A stretch of DNA of 64,000 nt from Escherichia phage ES17: sequence record NC_070984.1. The stretch is one strand, 5' to 3'. Under the pieces are notes generated by a model, which saw nothing but the letters and a program-made list of their open reading frames with translations, did not search any database and was not told the DNA's origin. Shown piece after piece: positions 51,381 to 59,157 of the stretch (within the stretch, counting starts at the first letter, position 1; each line of letters opens with the position of its first letter). The position numbers were made by a program, and so were the translations under genes.

Positions 51381-51523
51381 GAGGAGAGAAGAGGGCTTAT
51401 TTAGCTACCTTTTTCTGTCCGTTTACAAACCAGATAATTGAACCGTCAGGCTGGCGTTGACCGAAGCCTTTCTGGTTGATCATATCATCATAAGAATATG
51501 CTTTTGTTTTCACTTACTTACCC

Positions 51524-51775
51524 TTACATCGGAGTTAAGATGATCTCTGCTTTGGCAAACTTCTCGCCAACTTCAAGAGTGTCAGAAACAGGACGAGGTT
51601 CGCCTGTACCTAAATTAACTGCTCTGCGATATCCACCAGATAGAGGCATCATCAAATAAATGACCTGACTGTCATCATCTTTTAAAGTAAAGATGTCAGC
51701 GGTTGACAGATCTTTAACAAAGAGTTTCTTTTTTTCTTTGTTGTGAACCTTAATATGTATCGTGCTCATTCTCAC
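51524..51775 (-). CDS. Small-protein paralog family member 1
   Basis: 83 aa; family pattern MK...L..L..G.VF...[YW][IL]K...VNL..G. Confidence 0.45.
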   Translation of the reverse strand: MRMSTIHIKVHNKEKKKLFVKDLSTADIFTLKDDDSQVIYLMMPLSGGYRRAVNLGTGEPRPVSDTLEVGEKFAKAEIILTPM

Positions 51776-52017
51776 TCCTGAACCACAGACATACGAATCA
51801 TTTCTACCTGATCATCAAGACCTTTAACAGATAGTACACCTGTGGATAGATTCACTACAGGAACCCAGCCACTGGCTATACGGATGTTACCAGAAGCATT
51901 TTCAACCCTCATATAATACTGAGGAGAGGCACTTCCGTGCTGAACCATGAAGGGGTTTCCGGGAATGATTGTTTCCAATCGAACCGTATTATCCTTTTTC
52001 TTTGGGATGATTTTCAT
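51772..52017 (-). CDS. Small-protein paralog family member 2
   Basis: 81 aa; MKIIPKKKDNTVRLETIIPGNPF...VVNLSTG. Confidence 0.45.
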   Translation of the reverse strand: MKIIPKKKDNTVRLETIIPGNPFMVQHGSASPQYYMRVENASGNIRIASGWVPVVNLSTGVLSVKGLDDQVEMIRMSVVQE

Positions 52018-52265
52018 TATGTATTATCCACCAAAAGTTCTGCCGACACAGGAATAACTCGACAATAAATAGAAGGTGCTGTTACATTGCCATCAGACAG
52101 ACGAAGAGTGATTGATCTGTCAGAGTTGATAGTAACGTTTGGACTTGCAGACACAGACCCTTTGACATACAGGGTTGCATTGTCAGGAAACTTAAACACA
52201 GCTCCGCTGGGAAGTGAGTTGAGGTCAACTGTAGTCACTTCTTCTTTCTTGTGAGTAATCTTCAT
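52017..52265 (-). CDS. Small-protein paralog family member 3
   Basis: Start at internal MKITHKKEEVTTVDLNSLPSGAVF; track N-terminal extension overlaps next gene. Confidence 0.45.
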   Translation of the reverse strand: MKITHKKEEVTTVDLNSLPSGAVFKFPDNATLYVKGSVSASPNVTINSDRSITLRLSDGNVTAPSIYCRVIPVSAELLVDNT

Positions 52266-52266
52266 A

Positions 52267-52497
52267 TTATTTACCCTGAATAATAAGTTTAGATTCGAAC
52301 AGATCAACAGTATTGGACAAAGGGACAGGAAAGAAAATATCTTTAGGGTTCCGAACACACATTGCAGAATGCTCCCCTGTTTTTATCCAGAATTTAGGGA
52401 CTACATCGTCACCAGTAAAACGAAAAACATCTCCATTCTCCAAGTCAGAGAAAGTCTTGGAGGGTGTTTTGCTTTTTGGTACTAGCTCAAAATTCAT
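52267..52497 (-). CDS. Small-protein paralog family member 4
   Basis: 76 aa; FSDLENGDVFRF...KFWIKTGEH. Confidence 0.45.
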   Translation of the reverse strand: MNFELVPKSKTPSKTFSDLENGDVFRFTGDDVVPKFWIKTGEHSAMCVRNPKDIFFPVPLSNTVDLFESKLIIQGK

Positions 52498-52505
52498 CTT
52501 GATTC

Positions 52506-52817
52506 CTATTTAAGTTTGAGGCTAATGTTAAGGTGCATACATGCTCTGTTCTGTACAGCAGCATAACTTCTACCGAGCATGTCAGCCATTCTCTGAATAG
52601 ACATGAACCCAGCATTACGGATAAGGAACTGGTCCTCTTCTTCAGACCATTTAACTCGGATTGAAGCTCTTGATATGCCGAATTTAGTGCAAGCTGTGTT
52701 AACAGCATTCTCCGTTACATTCATAATCTGAGCTACTTCTTGAACCGAGTACTCTTTGATTAGTCTCCGAAGATTTTCAATCTGCATCGGAGTCCATATA
52801 GTTCTTCGTGCTTTCAT
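52506..52817 (-). CDS. Tandem helix-turn-helix DNA-binding protein (putative early regulator)
   Basis: Two repeats W-x-E-x-L...S.QE.A.....AV: WTPMQIENLRRLIKEYSVQEVAQIM and WSEEEDQFLIRNAGFMSIQRMADML. Confidence 0.4.
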   Translation of the reverse strand: MKARRTIWTPMQIENLRRLIKEYSVQEVAQIMNVTENAVNTACTKFGISRASIRVKWSEEEDQFLIRNAGFMSIQRMADMLGRSYAAVQNRACMHLNISLKLK

Positions 52818-53299
52818 ACATCCTCCAATTAATTGTTAAAACTATCAGGGGAGAACACTAGCTCTGGGCCACGCTGTAGATATCGGCCTACCTTCCACAG
52901 CTAATCAGCTAATATACTCCCCTAATAGTTTATGAATAGGGGGAGGGGACGAATCCTCCCTTATCCTATTAGTTAATATTGCATGTAAGATCTAACAATC
53001 GGTTGCCTTTGTAGGAATAAGCGTAAAGCCAATCCAGCACTAAACTCCCGCCCCCTTAGTGGGCTGGGTTATTAAAGGGTAACGCCCTTATGGGCTAGTT
53101 ACATGAATGTTAGTTTGATAGGAGATCTGAAGTCCTATCTCAAAGGACTCTCGTAAGAATCCTTCACGATATTACTTATTCATCTCTCGTCGGCTATCTC
53201 TCCAAGCCAACCAAGTGTAGGTTTTCAGTTCTTCAAAGTCTTCTGGAGAGAATAGATACTCTTTGAAGGTATCACCAAACCACTTTAAAAATTCTTTAG

Positions 53300-53560
53300 T
53301 CATGAGTCCTCATACTTTTTGTTAGGAAGGATGAAATCCCAAAGAGCAGCCCATACTGCGAGAGATATAAACAGTACAGCAATGATAGGCCATAGGAAAA
53401 CCATGGCTGCTATCTTTGCAAGGTCTGCTTCACCCCTCCAGTTTCTAAAGCATTCATCACCTTTAACATCTATAACCTTAATAAGTACTCCTGATAACAC
53501 CATACCTATCAGGTAGGTTATTAACATACTAACAAGACTGATCACAAGGCTGATCTCCAC
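53300..53560 (-). CDS. Two-TM small membrane protein
   Basis: 86 aa; ISLVISLVSMLITYLIGMVLSGVLI and LWPIIAVLFISLAVWAALW. Confidence 0.4.
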   Translation of the reverse strand: MEISLVISLVSMLITYLIGMVLSGVLIKVIDVKGDECFRNWRGEADLAKIAAMVFLWPIIAVLFISLAVWAALWDFILPNKKYEDS

Positions 53561-53702
53561 ATGTTTTACAGATCACTGGTGAGTAACTACAGGCAGGATA
53601 TACTGACACCCCATCAAACGTCTCACATCCACAATCAGGACATGTACCGTTGGATTCCATGTCATCATCGTCATCTACTTCACCGCCACCAAAACAACTC
53701 AT
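53529..53702 (-). CDS. Cys-rich zinc-ribbon mini-protein (57 aa), not in ORF track
   Basis: MSCFGGGEVDDDDDMESNGTCPDCGCETFDG...CKTCGDQPCDQSC. Confidence 0.35.
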   Translation of the reverse strand: MSCFGGGEVDDDDDMESNGTCPDCGCETFDGVSVYPACSYSPVICKTCGDQPCDQSC

Positions 53703-53711
53703 ACAGACTCC

Positions 53712-53933
53712 CTAATAAACTAAACCTACAGCCTTTGCATCAGGTTGAGGGACTACCTTTGCGCTAGGGCGATAACCATCCACTGAACCGTTCCAAAGAT
53801 TGACACAGGTGATATATCCATCGTCTATGATGTCTGTTTTAATCCAGAAGTGTTTATCATGACCAAAAATACTTCCGTTTGGCAGCGTGGACAGCTCAAC
53901 GGTTTTAAGGGACTGCTTAGAGTCTAGTTTCAT
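53712..53933 (-). CDS. Small-protein paralog family member 5
   Basis: 73 aa; LSTLPNGSIFGHDKHFWIKTD...CVNLWNG. Confidence 0.45.
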   Translation of the reverse strand: MKLDSKQSLKTVELSTLPNGSIFGHDKHFWIKTDIIDDGYITCVNLWNGSVDGYRPSAKVVPQPDAKAVGLVY

Positions 53934-53940
53934 AATAACC

Positions 53941-54189
53941 TCAATTATCGTAGCATGTATTCCAATACATGTAGTTAACGTACGTTCTCGGTTTGATTCC
54001 GTACATGATGAAGTGAGTCTTCTTAATCCTTTCCTTCAGCGTGTAATAAAGGCCATCACTGAAGTTACCAATCTTTACTTGGAAGCGTAAGGAGCGAGCA
54101 TCCATTCGAAGCATAGAGATTAACTGTACTCTACTACCCCCAGCCATCTCTTCAAGAAGCTTCTTTGTATTCCAATAATGAGCTGCCAT
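53941..54189 (-). CDS. Hypothetical protein
   Basis: 82 aa track ORF. Confidence 0.3.
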   Translation of the reverse strand: MAAHYWNTKKLLEEMAGGSRVQLISMLRMDARSLRFQVKIGNFSDGLYYTLKERIKKTHFIMYGIKPRTYVNYMYWNTCYDN

Positions 54190-54190
54190 A

Positions 54191-54472
54191 TTACCACTCC
54201 TTACCGGTTGTTGTTACAGAGCCACCACACCACTGCGCATCGGATAAGGTTTTAGTCTCCTCATCTACTGCTGCACCATTCAGACATGAGATACCATTGT
54301 AACGCATATCAATTTCACCAGAAGGAACCTTCTCACCTTTATGCCAGCGAGAAACACAAACACCTTCCACTGCTACTGCACACCATCCATCAGGACGGCT
54401 CTGTACGCAGCCTGTAAGGGCCACACAGACAAGGAAGATACAGATTAAGGATATTACACCACCCCAACTCAT
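54191..54472 (-). CDS. Cys-rich lipoprotein (candidate superinfection-exclusion / receptor-blocking protein)
   Basis: Signal peptide with lipobox ALTGC, five further Cys in 70-aa mature part. Confidence 0.5.
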   Translation of the reverse strand: MSWGGVISLICIFLVCVALTGCVQSRPDGWCAVAVEGVCVSRWHKGEKVPSGEIDMRYNGISCLNGAAVDEETKTLSDAQWCGGSVTTTGKEW

Positions 54473-54491
54473 GGCTACCTCCTATTTGATT

Positions 54492-54568
54492 TGGCGCACC
54501 CTACAGGATTCGAACCTGTAACCGACGGATTAGAAATCCGATGTTCTGTCCAATTGAACTAAGGGCGC
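54492..54568 (-). tRNA. tRNA-Arg(UCU): tRNA-Arg (anticodon UCU), CCA encoded
   Basis: Manual cloverleaf: acceptor GCGCCCU/AGGGUGC (one G-U), D stem GUUC/GAAC, anticodon loop UUUCUAA, T arm ACAGG-UUCGAAU-CCUGU, discriminator G + CCA. Confidence 0.85.
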
Positions 54569-54748
54569 GGAATTATTTAGATCATATCTCGCTTGGTGAT
54601 ATGACCACATGTTTTGCACTGCATGATATAGCGTACACCTTTATGTTTCGTACCACCATAATCATCAGTGATCTTTAGTGTATACTTCTCAAGAATTACC
54701 CAATCATGCAGATGGAATAGACGTTTAAACCACTTGAACATAATAACC

Positions 54749-55000
54749 TCAAGCGCAAGCAGGGAGAGTGATGATTTTATACTTGCCTTCAAACTCTCCA
54801 AATAAACCCAAGAATGTAGGACTGTAAGTACCAGTACAAACAAACTCATCAAACAATGCGTTATAACTAGGCTTGATCTTCCAAGCCCATACATAACCCA
54901 TCTTGTCAATTGCAATGTAACGAGTGTTCAGAGGAACAGTCATCATTATACCATCAACTTCGATCACTTTAGTGATTGGTGCAGCTTGGAAGTTTTTCAT
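54749..55000 (-). CDS. Hypothetical protein
   Basis: 83 aa; ATG overlaps stop of upstream mini-gene (ATGA). Confidence 0.35.
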   Translation of the reverse strand: MKNFQAAPITKVIEVDGIMMTVPLNTRYIAIDKMGYVWAWKIKPSYNALFDEFVCTGTYSPTFLGLFGEFEGKYKIITLPACA

Positions 55001-55173
55001 ACTTTACCTTTGATAAAAATGTCATTACCACAGACACAGCATGAACGAACAACAGTAGCGCCACGCTGAACGATACGGACCTCTTCCTTAACCAGATTAA
55101 CACGAGCACCACAGCAAGGAGAGTTGACATAAGAGTAACCAGCTTGTGTATTCTTGATTGTTTGCTTAGACAT
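54997..55173 (-). CDS. Cys-rich mini-protein (58 aa), not in ORF track
   Basis: MSKQTIKNTQAGYSYVNSPCCGARVN...SCCVCGND. Confidence 0.35.
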   Translation of the reverse strand: MSKQTIKNTQAGYSYVNSPCCGARVNLVKEEVRIVQRGATVVRSCCVCGNDIFIKGKV

Positions 55174-55272
55174 TTGAGCTTCCTCTTGTTAGTTTAGGTA
55201 AACCACCCCAATCACTGCTGCACTCATTCATGTGGAATGCAGATGGGAAAAGTAATTAAAGGTGATTTACCT

Positions 55273-55301
55273 AAAACAACAAAGGCCACCCGAAGGCAGC
55301 C
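55273..55301 (-). terminator. Intrinsic terminator (UUCG-type hairpin)
   Basis: Minus-sense GGCUGCC-UUCG-GGUGGCC (G-U pairs) + UUUGUUGUUUU. Confidence 0.6.
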
Positions 55302-55310
55302 TTTTATTTA

Positions 55311-55451
55311 TTAACTGTTATACGTCCAACCACCTTGCTTGTTACGGATGGCTGACATTGCATGAATCCAAAAGCCTTCCAGTTTCAGAGCACCATTAGC
55401 TACTGCATCCATACGTTCAGGGCGGTTCATACGTTTGGTTGATACTTTCAT
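55311..55451 (-). CDS. Small basic protein (46 aa), not in ORF track
   Basis: MKVSTKRMNRPERMDAVANGALKLEGFWIHAMSAIRNKQGGWTYNS. Confidence 0.3.
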   Translation of the reverse strand: MKVSTKRMNRPERMDAVANGALKLEGFWIHAMSAIRNKQGGWTYNS

Positions 55452-55696
55452 ACCTATCTCTCTTTGTTAGTGGAGGCATTATTGCCAGTTGATATAAGGG
55501 ATAGCCCTAGTCAGTAGACTAATCCTGACCGCGTACTCATTGCCGACCTTCTCTGCCTAAGAGTTCAGGTTCTAGAGCTATCTCTTATTCCAACTGGTGA
55601 AGACTCCCTACCCCTAGGAAGTCTCCTGAATCCCAAACTAATACGTACCCCTACATATCAGAAAGTCTTTCGAAAATTAACAGGTTTTAGTCTAGC

Positions 55697-55806
55697 ACCG
55701 GATGTTCGAGCAAGCTCTCCCTAGCGGTGTGGCATATGCCTGAATTAATAAGTTAATGAGGAACACCCTCACATAGCCCTCTGATAAACACAAGGGCTAT
55801 AAGTCG
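55697..55806. repeat. Conserved intergenic element, copy 2
   Basis: See copy 1 at 50716-50833; includes inverted repeat ATAGCCC ... GGGCTAT. Confidence 0.6.
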
Positions 55807-55809
55807 ATG

Positions 55810-56028
55810 TTACTTTTGAGTCAAACACAGATCGGGACGTGGCATAACAGTGGTTGATAGACCGAAGACTTCAACATAACCGCTGCTCAAGTTAGCAGCC
55901 TTACGCAAACCGTCAGAGGTCTTATCTTCTAGCATCAGCCAGAAACGTTTATCGTAAGAGAAAACATCACCGCCCTTAACATCTTCTGCATTTGCATATT
56001 TAGGATAATCAACTACTTTAATTTCCAT
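55810..56028 (-). CDS. Small-protein paralog family member 6
   Basis: 72 aa; AEDVKGGDVFSYDKRFWLMLED...AANLSSG. Confidence 0.45.
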   Translation of the reverse strand: MEIKVVDYPKYANAEDVKGGDVFSYDKRFWLMLEDKTSDGLRKAANLSSGYVEVFGLSTTVMPRPDLCLTQK

Positions 56029-56286
56029 TCACTTACCTTTATTAGTAATTACTGCATCTGGGATAAGGATTACAGGAAGATTTGAATTAAGCTTCATAAC
56101 CTGATTAGTTCTTAAACCAAGCACAACTGTTCCAGAATCTTTCCTGTTCGACTCGGTTACGTGTGGAGTGAATAAACTAACAACCAAATAGTGATCGACG
56201 CATGTAGATTTAACTTGGAATACATCTCCAAGCTTTAAATCACCCACTGTAAGATCTGGGTCTTTCATCTCAAGATCAATCTTCAT
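56029..56286 (-). CDS. Small-protein paralog family member 7
   Basis: 85 aa; VGDLKLGDVFQVKS...VVLGLRTNQV. Confidence 0.4.
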   Translation of the reverse strand: MKIDLEMKDPDLTVGDLKLGDVFQVKSTCVDHYLVVSLFTPHVTESNRKDSGTVVLGLRTNQVMKLNSNLPVILIPDAVITNKGK

Positions 56287-56512
56287 CTTTAGCCTCTATG
56301 TTGGTTATGTGAAGATCACTACGTACTTGGCAGACTTCATCCCGTTTAAAAGGCATGAGCTTTCCAGTTACCACATCAACACAGTTGACATAATTGTCTG
56401 CGTACAATGTGTCGGTTCTGATGTAAAGGGATTCTTTACGCTCAAACAGAACCCCCGGCTTCATGTTATTTAAGCGAAGCATTGTACGATCGGATTTAAT
56501 ATTAACTTTCAT
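56276..56512 (-). CDS. Small-protein paralog family member 8
   Basis: 78 aa; LNNMKPGVLFERKESLYIRTD...CVDVVTG. Confidence 0.45.
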   Translation of the reverse strand: MKVNIKSDRTMLRLNNMKPGVLFERKESLYIRTDTLYADNYVNCVDVVTGKLMPFKRDEVCQVRSDLHITNIEAKDED

Positions 56513-56514
56513 CT

Positions 56515-56772
56515 TTAATCCACCTTATTGGTAAGTCGAGCATTATCAACTACCTGAACAACAGTATCTTTTCTCAACATTGTTATTCTATCCGAAGTGA
56601 GATCTACTACTACTCTTTCGTCAGGCTTCCAACTAGCTGAATAAACGGTTGAGGAATCTAGCTTTACTGTAAGATATATTTTATTTTTAGGTGGAACAGT
56701 TTCAAAAACACTCCCCACCTTCAGGTCTTTCAGTTGCTTGACTACAGGGGCTGTATTAATATCATGCTTCAT
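56515..56772 (-). CDS. Small-protein paralog family member 9
   Basis: Start at internal MKHDINTAPVVKQLKDLKVGSVFETV. Confidence 0.4.
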   Translation of the reverse strand: MKHDINTAPVVKQLKDLKVGSVFETVPPKNKIYLTVKLDSSTVYSASWKPDERVVVDLTSDRITMLRKDTVVQVVDNARLTNKVD

Positions 56773-57058
56773 TGTTAATCTCCTGCTGTTTAGCAATAGC
56801 CACTCGCAAGTCTTCATTAGCACGAGCAAGGCGTAACACTTCGTGGTTGAGGTTCTGAAGACGCTTGTTTCTGTCCTCTACTTGCATAATAAGATCGTTA
56901 AGTGTTACTTTAACTTTCTCATTATACATCTCATCCACTCGAACTAGGGATTTATACATTCTTTCCCAGCTTGCTGCTTTGTTTCTGAGAACAATAAATC
57001 CTAGAACACTGATAGTTAAACAGCTTACAAAAAGGAATTTATATACTTCTAAAGTCAT
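56762..57058 (-). CDS. Type II membrane protein with coiled coil
   Basis: N-terminal TM FLFVSCLTISVLGFIVL then heptad-rich helix. Confidence 0.4.
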   Translation of the reverse strand: MTLEVYKFLFVSCLTISVLGFIVLRNKAASWERMYKSLVRVDEMYNEKVKVTLNDLIMQVEDRNKRLQNLNHEVLRLARANEDLRVAIAKQQEINNEA

Positions 57059-57257
57059 ATTATTTACCCTTTATCAGAGATTAAAAGTAATATTATTTAA
57101 GTAAGTTATATTTAGTAAACTTATTTTCTAAGAAATTTTCAAAGGGTCTATATACAGAGCATTACCCATAGTCCCAGAATACTACCATCTTTTTCAATAA
57201 ATTTACTAAGTGGTTGGTTTATAAAGGAATTTAGTTTGTCAAATCTGGCACTAGTGA

Positions 57258-57647
57258 TTATTCCCTAGAGCTGTTATCGAACACTAAATCACCACAATAC
57301 ATAGGATTGGCATACCATTTTGGCACCCCTTCGCTCTTACTCTGAAAGTAAGTCCCACTATACAGCGGAACATAATTCTTCTTAAGGGCACGTTTAGCTA
57401 GCCGCTCGCTTTCTCCAATGGCTTGCTTAGTCATCGGATTTTTATCACGAATCAGCTTTACATAACGCTTATAAGGTTTCTCCTGTTTTAATAGTACCGG
57501 AATCCACTCAAACTGGTTCTTTTGTCTTATCACCTGTTCAGCGGTCAGTTTTCGTTGGGCCATTCTATTTATCACGGTATCCGCAACTAACGCCTTACAT
57601 GCGGTTGGCTGATTCCCTGCCTCATAATAAATAGTCAATGTCAACAT
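57258..57647 (-). CDS. SleB/CwlJ-type cell-wall hydrolase domain protein
   Basis: IYYEAGNQPTACKALVADTVINRM resembles the Hydrolase_2 N-terminal motif (from memory). Confidence 0.45.
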   Translation of the reverse strand: MLTLTIYYEAGNQPTACKALVADTVINRMAQRKLTAEQVIRQKNQFEWIPVLLKQEKPYKRYVKLIRDKNPMTKQAIGESERLAKRALKKNYVPLYSGTYFQSKSEGVPKWYANPMYCGDLVFDNSSRE

Positions 57648-57694
57648 TAGCTGTGCCGTTGTTATCAGAACTTGATACCTCCTGTTTTACGGGC

Positions 57695-57722
57695 ATAAAA
57701 AAGCCCCAGCCGTAGCCGGGGC
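57695..57722 (-). terminator. Intrinsic terminator (UACG tetraloop)
   Basis: Minus-sense GCCCCGGC-UACG-GCUGGGGC + UUUUUU. Confidence 0.75.
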
Positions 57723-57784
57723 AAACCTGAAAGCAACACATGACCGTTGCTATAAATACACTCGCAAATGCACTTACAGCAACG

Positions 57785-57807
57785 CAAAAAGCCGCTCAAA
57801 GGCGGCT
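57785..57807 (-). terminator. Intrinsic terminator
   Basis: Minus-sense AGCCGC-CUUUGA-GCGGCU + UUUUUGCG. Confidence 0.65.
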
Positions 57808-57852
57808 ATGCGGAAGCTTCAAATGGGGAGAGGGCACGACGCTACAGAAAGA

Positions 57853-57870
57853 GCGTCATAGTACTAAAAG
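57853..57870. repeat. 18-nt conserved motif GCGTCATAGTACTAAAAG, copy 2
   Basis: Sits between stop of 57888-58331 and two tandem terminators. Confidence 0.6.
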
Positions 57871-57887
57871 AGGGGGCTATATTCCTA

Positions 57888-58331
57888 CTACTTAACCCTT
57901 GCCTCTTTGATGGGGTCAATGTATTTTTCAACGCCCCACTTGTGTTTACTATCTGCGTAGAAAACATCAGGTGCACATTGGCTTGTTTTAGGGAAGGCTT
58001 GCGGGTCTTTCGTGCTCCCCTTAAACTTCTGTTTACCTCGAGTGCGACCATTACAGAAGATTTCTAACTTCTTCTCTTCTTCTGTTTTAGCTCCCCCGCT
58101 CTGTAACAAAGAACGTTTATGATCAGCCAACAACAACGCATCAGCCCGATGGACACGATGGCCTACACGCTTTGCCACACTGGAAGGAACATGGGATTCA
58201 GCCTCAGCCTTTGCAGCACGACGTTTTAAACTACGCTTACTAACGTGATTAGTTGCCTTCGGTTTCTCTTTCTCTAGTTCAGAGATAGCAAAACAACGAC
58301 CGCCCTTCATGCTGATTTTAGATTTAGCCAC
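57888..58331 (-). CDS. Basic hypothetical protein
   Basis: 147 aa, Lys/Arg-rich; higher GC than neighbours. Confidence 0.35.
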   Translation of the reverse strand: MAKSKISMKGGRCFAISELEKEKPKATNHVSKRSLKRRAAKAEAESHVPSSVAKRVGHRVHRADALLLADHKRSLLQSGGAKTEEEKKLEIFCNGRTRGKQKFKGSTKDPQAFPKTSQCAPDVFYADSKHKWGVEKYIDPIKEARVK

Positions 58332-58400
58332 AATCTTATTCCTTTCAGTGATAAGTTATATCGGGCAAGCCCATCAAGGCGATAGGCTTGAACAAATAAC

Positions 58401-58610
58401 TTAATCAAGTAAACTAAACGATTTCCAACTACGTAGAAGGATTGTACCGTCATCCATAGTTACACATAATTTTAGTAGTTTCTTATTGGCACTACTCACC
58501 GTTGTAATTCGTCCGGTTGTACATTTACCTTTATTGCTATAAAGATATACAACACGACGGCCTAACAAGCGGGAAGGTGCTTTCTTAAACTCTGAAATGT
58601 TAGTGATCAT
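58401..58610 (-). CDS. Hypothetical protein
   Basis: 69 aa track ORF. Confidence 0.3.
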   Translation of the reverse strand: MITNISEFKKAPSRLLGRRVVYLYSNKGKCTTGRITTVSSANKKLLKLCVTMDDGTILLRSWKSFSLLD

Positions 58611-58831
58611 GATGCTTGATACCTTTGAATGTGTTCAATACGGGTTGATTGAGCAAATGACGCTTTAACAGCCATTTTCCTAACTTCTTCTTTACGCTGG
58701 TTAGTGTGTACAGTATCCCAATGATTGTTATCACGTTGGCGCTGTAATATCTTACTACATTTGCGATGGTTTCCCGTGCTGCGATGTTTCTCACAAATAG
58801 GACACTTGCCAAAATTACTACTGAATATCAT
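58607..58831 (-). CDS. Cys/His-rich small protein
   Basis: GKCPICEKHRSTGNHRKC; overlapping alternative frame 58600-58812 not chosen. Confidence 0.3.
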   Translation of the reverse strand: MIFSSNFGKCPICEKHRSTGNHRKCSKILQRQRDNNHWDTVHTNQRKEEVRKMAVKASFAQSTRIEHIQRYQAS

Positions 58832-59055
58832 TTTCTCAATCCCAGCTTTCTTAAGATACGGCCTAACGTTGTTTCTTGCGTGATAATATAACTGATCGCT
58901 TCACGTTCCAGCGTTTCAATCTTCATTGGCGACGGATACCATTCACCGGTAATAACACATTTACATTCAACGCCATACTTTTTAGATAGTCGGTAATGTT
59001 GACCGTTGACAAGATTCCTATAGATCGTGGTATGTGTAATTAACATGATCGTCAC
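58828..59055 (-). CDS. Hypothetical protein
   Basis: 75 aa track ORF. Confidence 0.3.
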   Translation of the reverse strand: MTIMLITHTTIYRNLVNGQHYRLSKKYGVECKCVITGEWYPSPMKIETLEREAISYIITQETTLGRILRKLGLRK

Positions 59056-59100
59056 CTTTAATTAGATTCTTTGATTAATGCACTGAATCAATGCACTGAT

Positions 59101-59133
59101 AAAAGAAAAGGCGCTACCCGTTAAGATAGCGCC
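59101..59133 (-). terminator. Intrinsic terminator
   Basis: Minus-sense GGCGCUA ... UAGCGCC stem + UUUUCUUUU after stop at 59158. Confidence 0.7.
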
Positions 59134-59157
59134 TTATGTTTATTTAAATTGTATTAC

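Noticed and set aside
52820-53170. Possible tRNA or structured RNA in the 350-bp intergenic region (hairpins GGGAGG...CCTCCC and AAGGG-TAACG-CCCTT)
   Set aside because: No cloverleaf could be built; the T-arm-like segment has a 10-nt loop. Kept only as an unexplained structured region.
54577-54915. 112-aa track ORF overlapping 54749-55000
   Set aside because: N-terminal two-thirds overlaps the neighbouring gene in another frame; at most the C-terminal 54 aa (from MFKWFKRL) could be a real gene.
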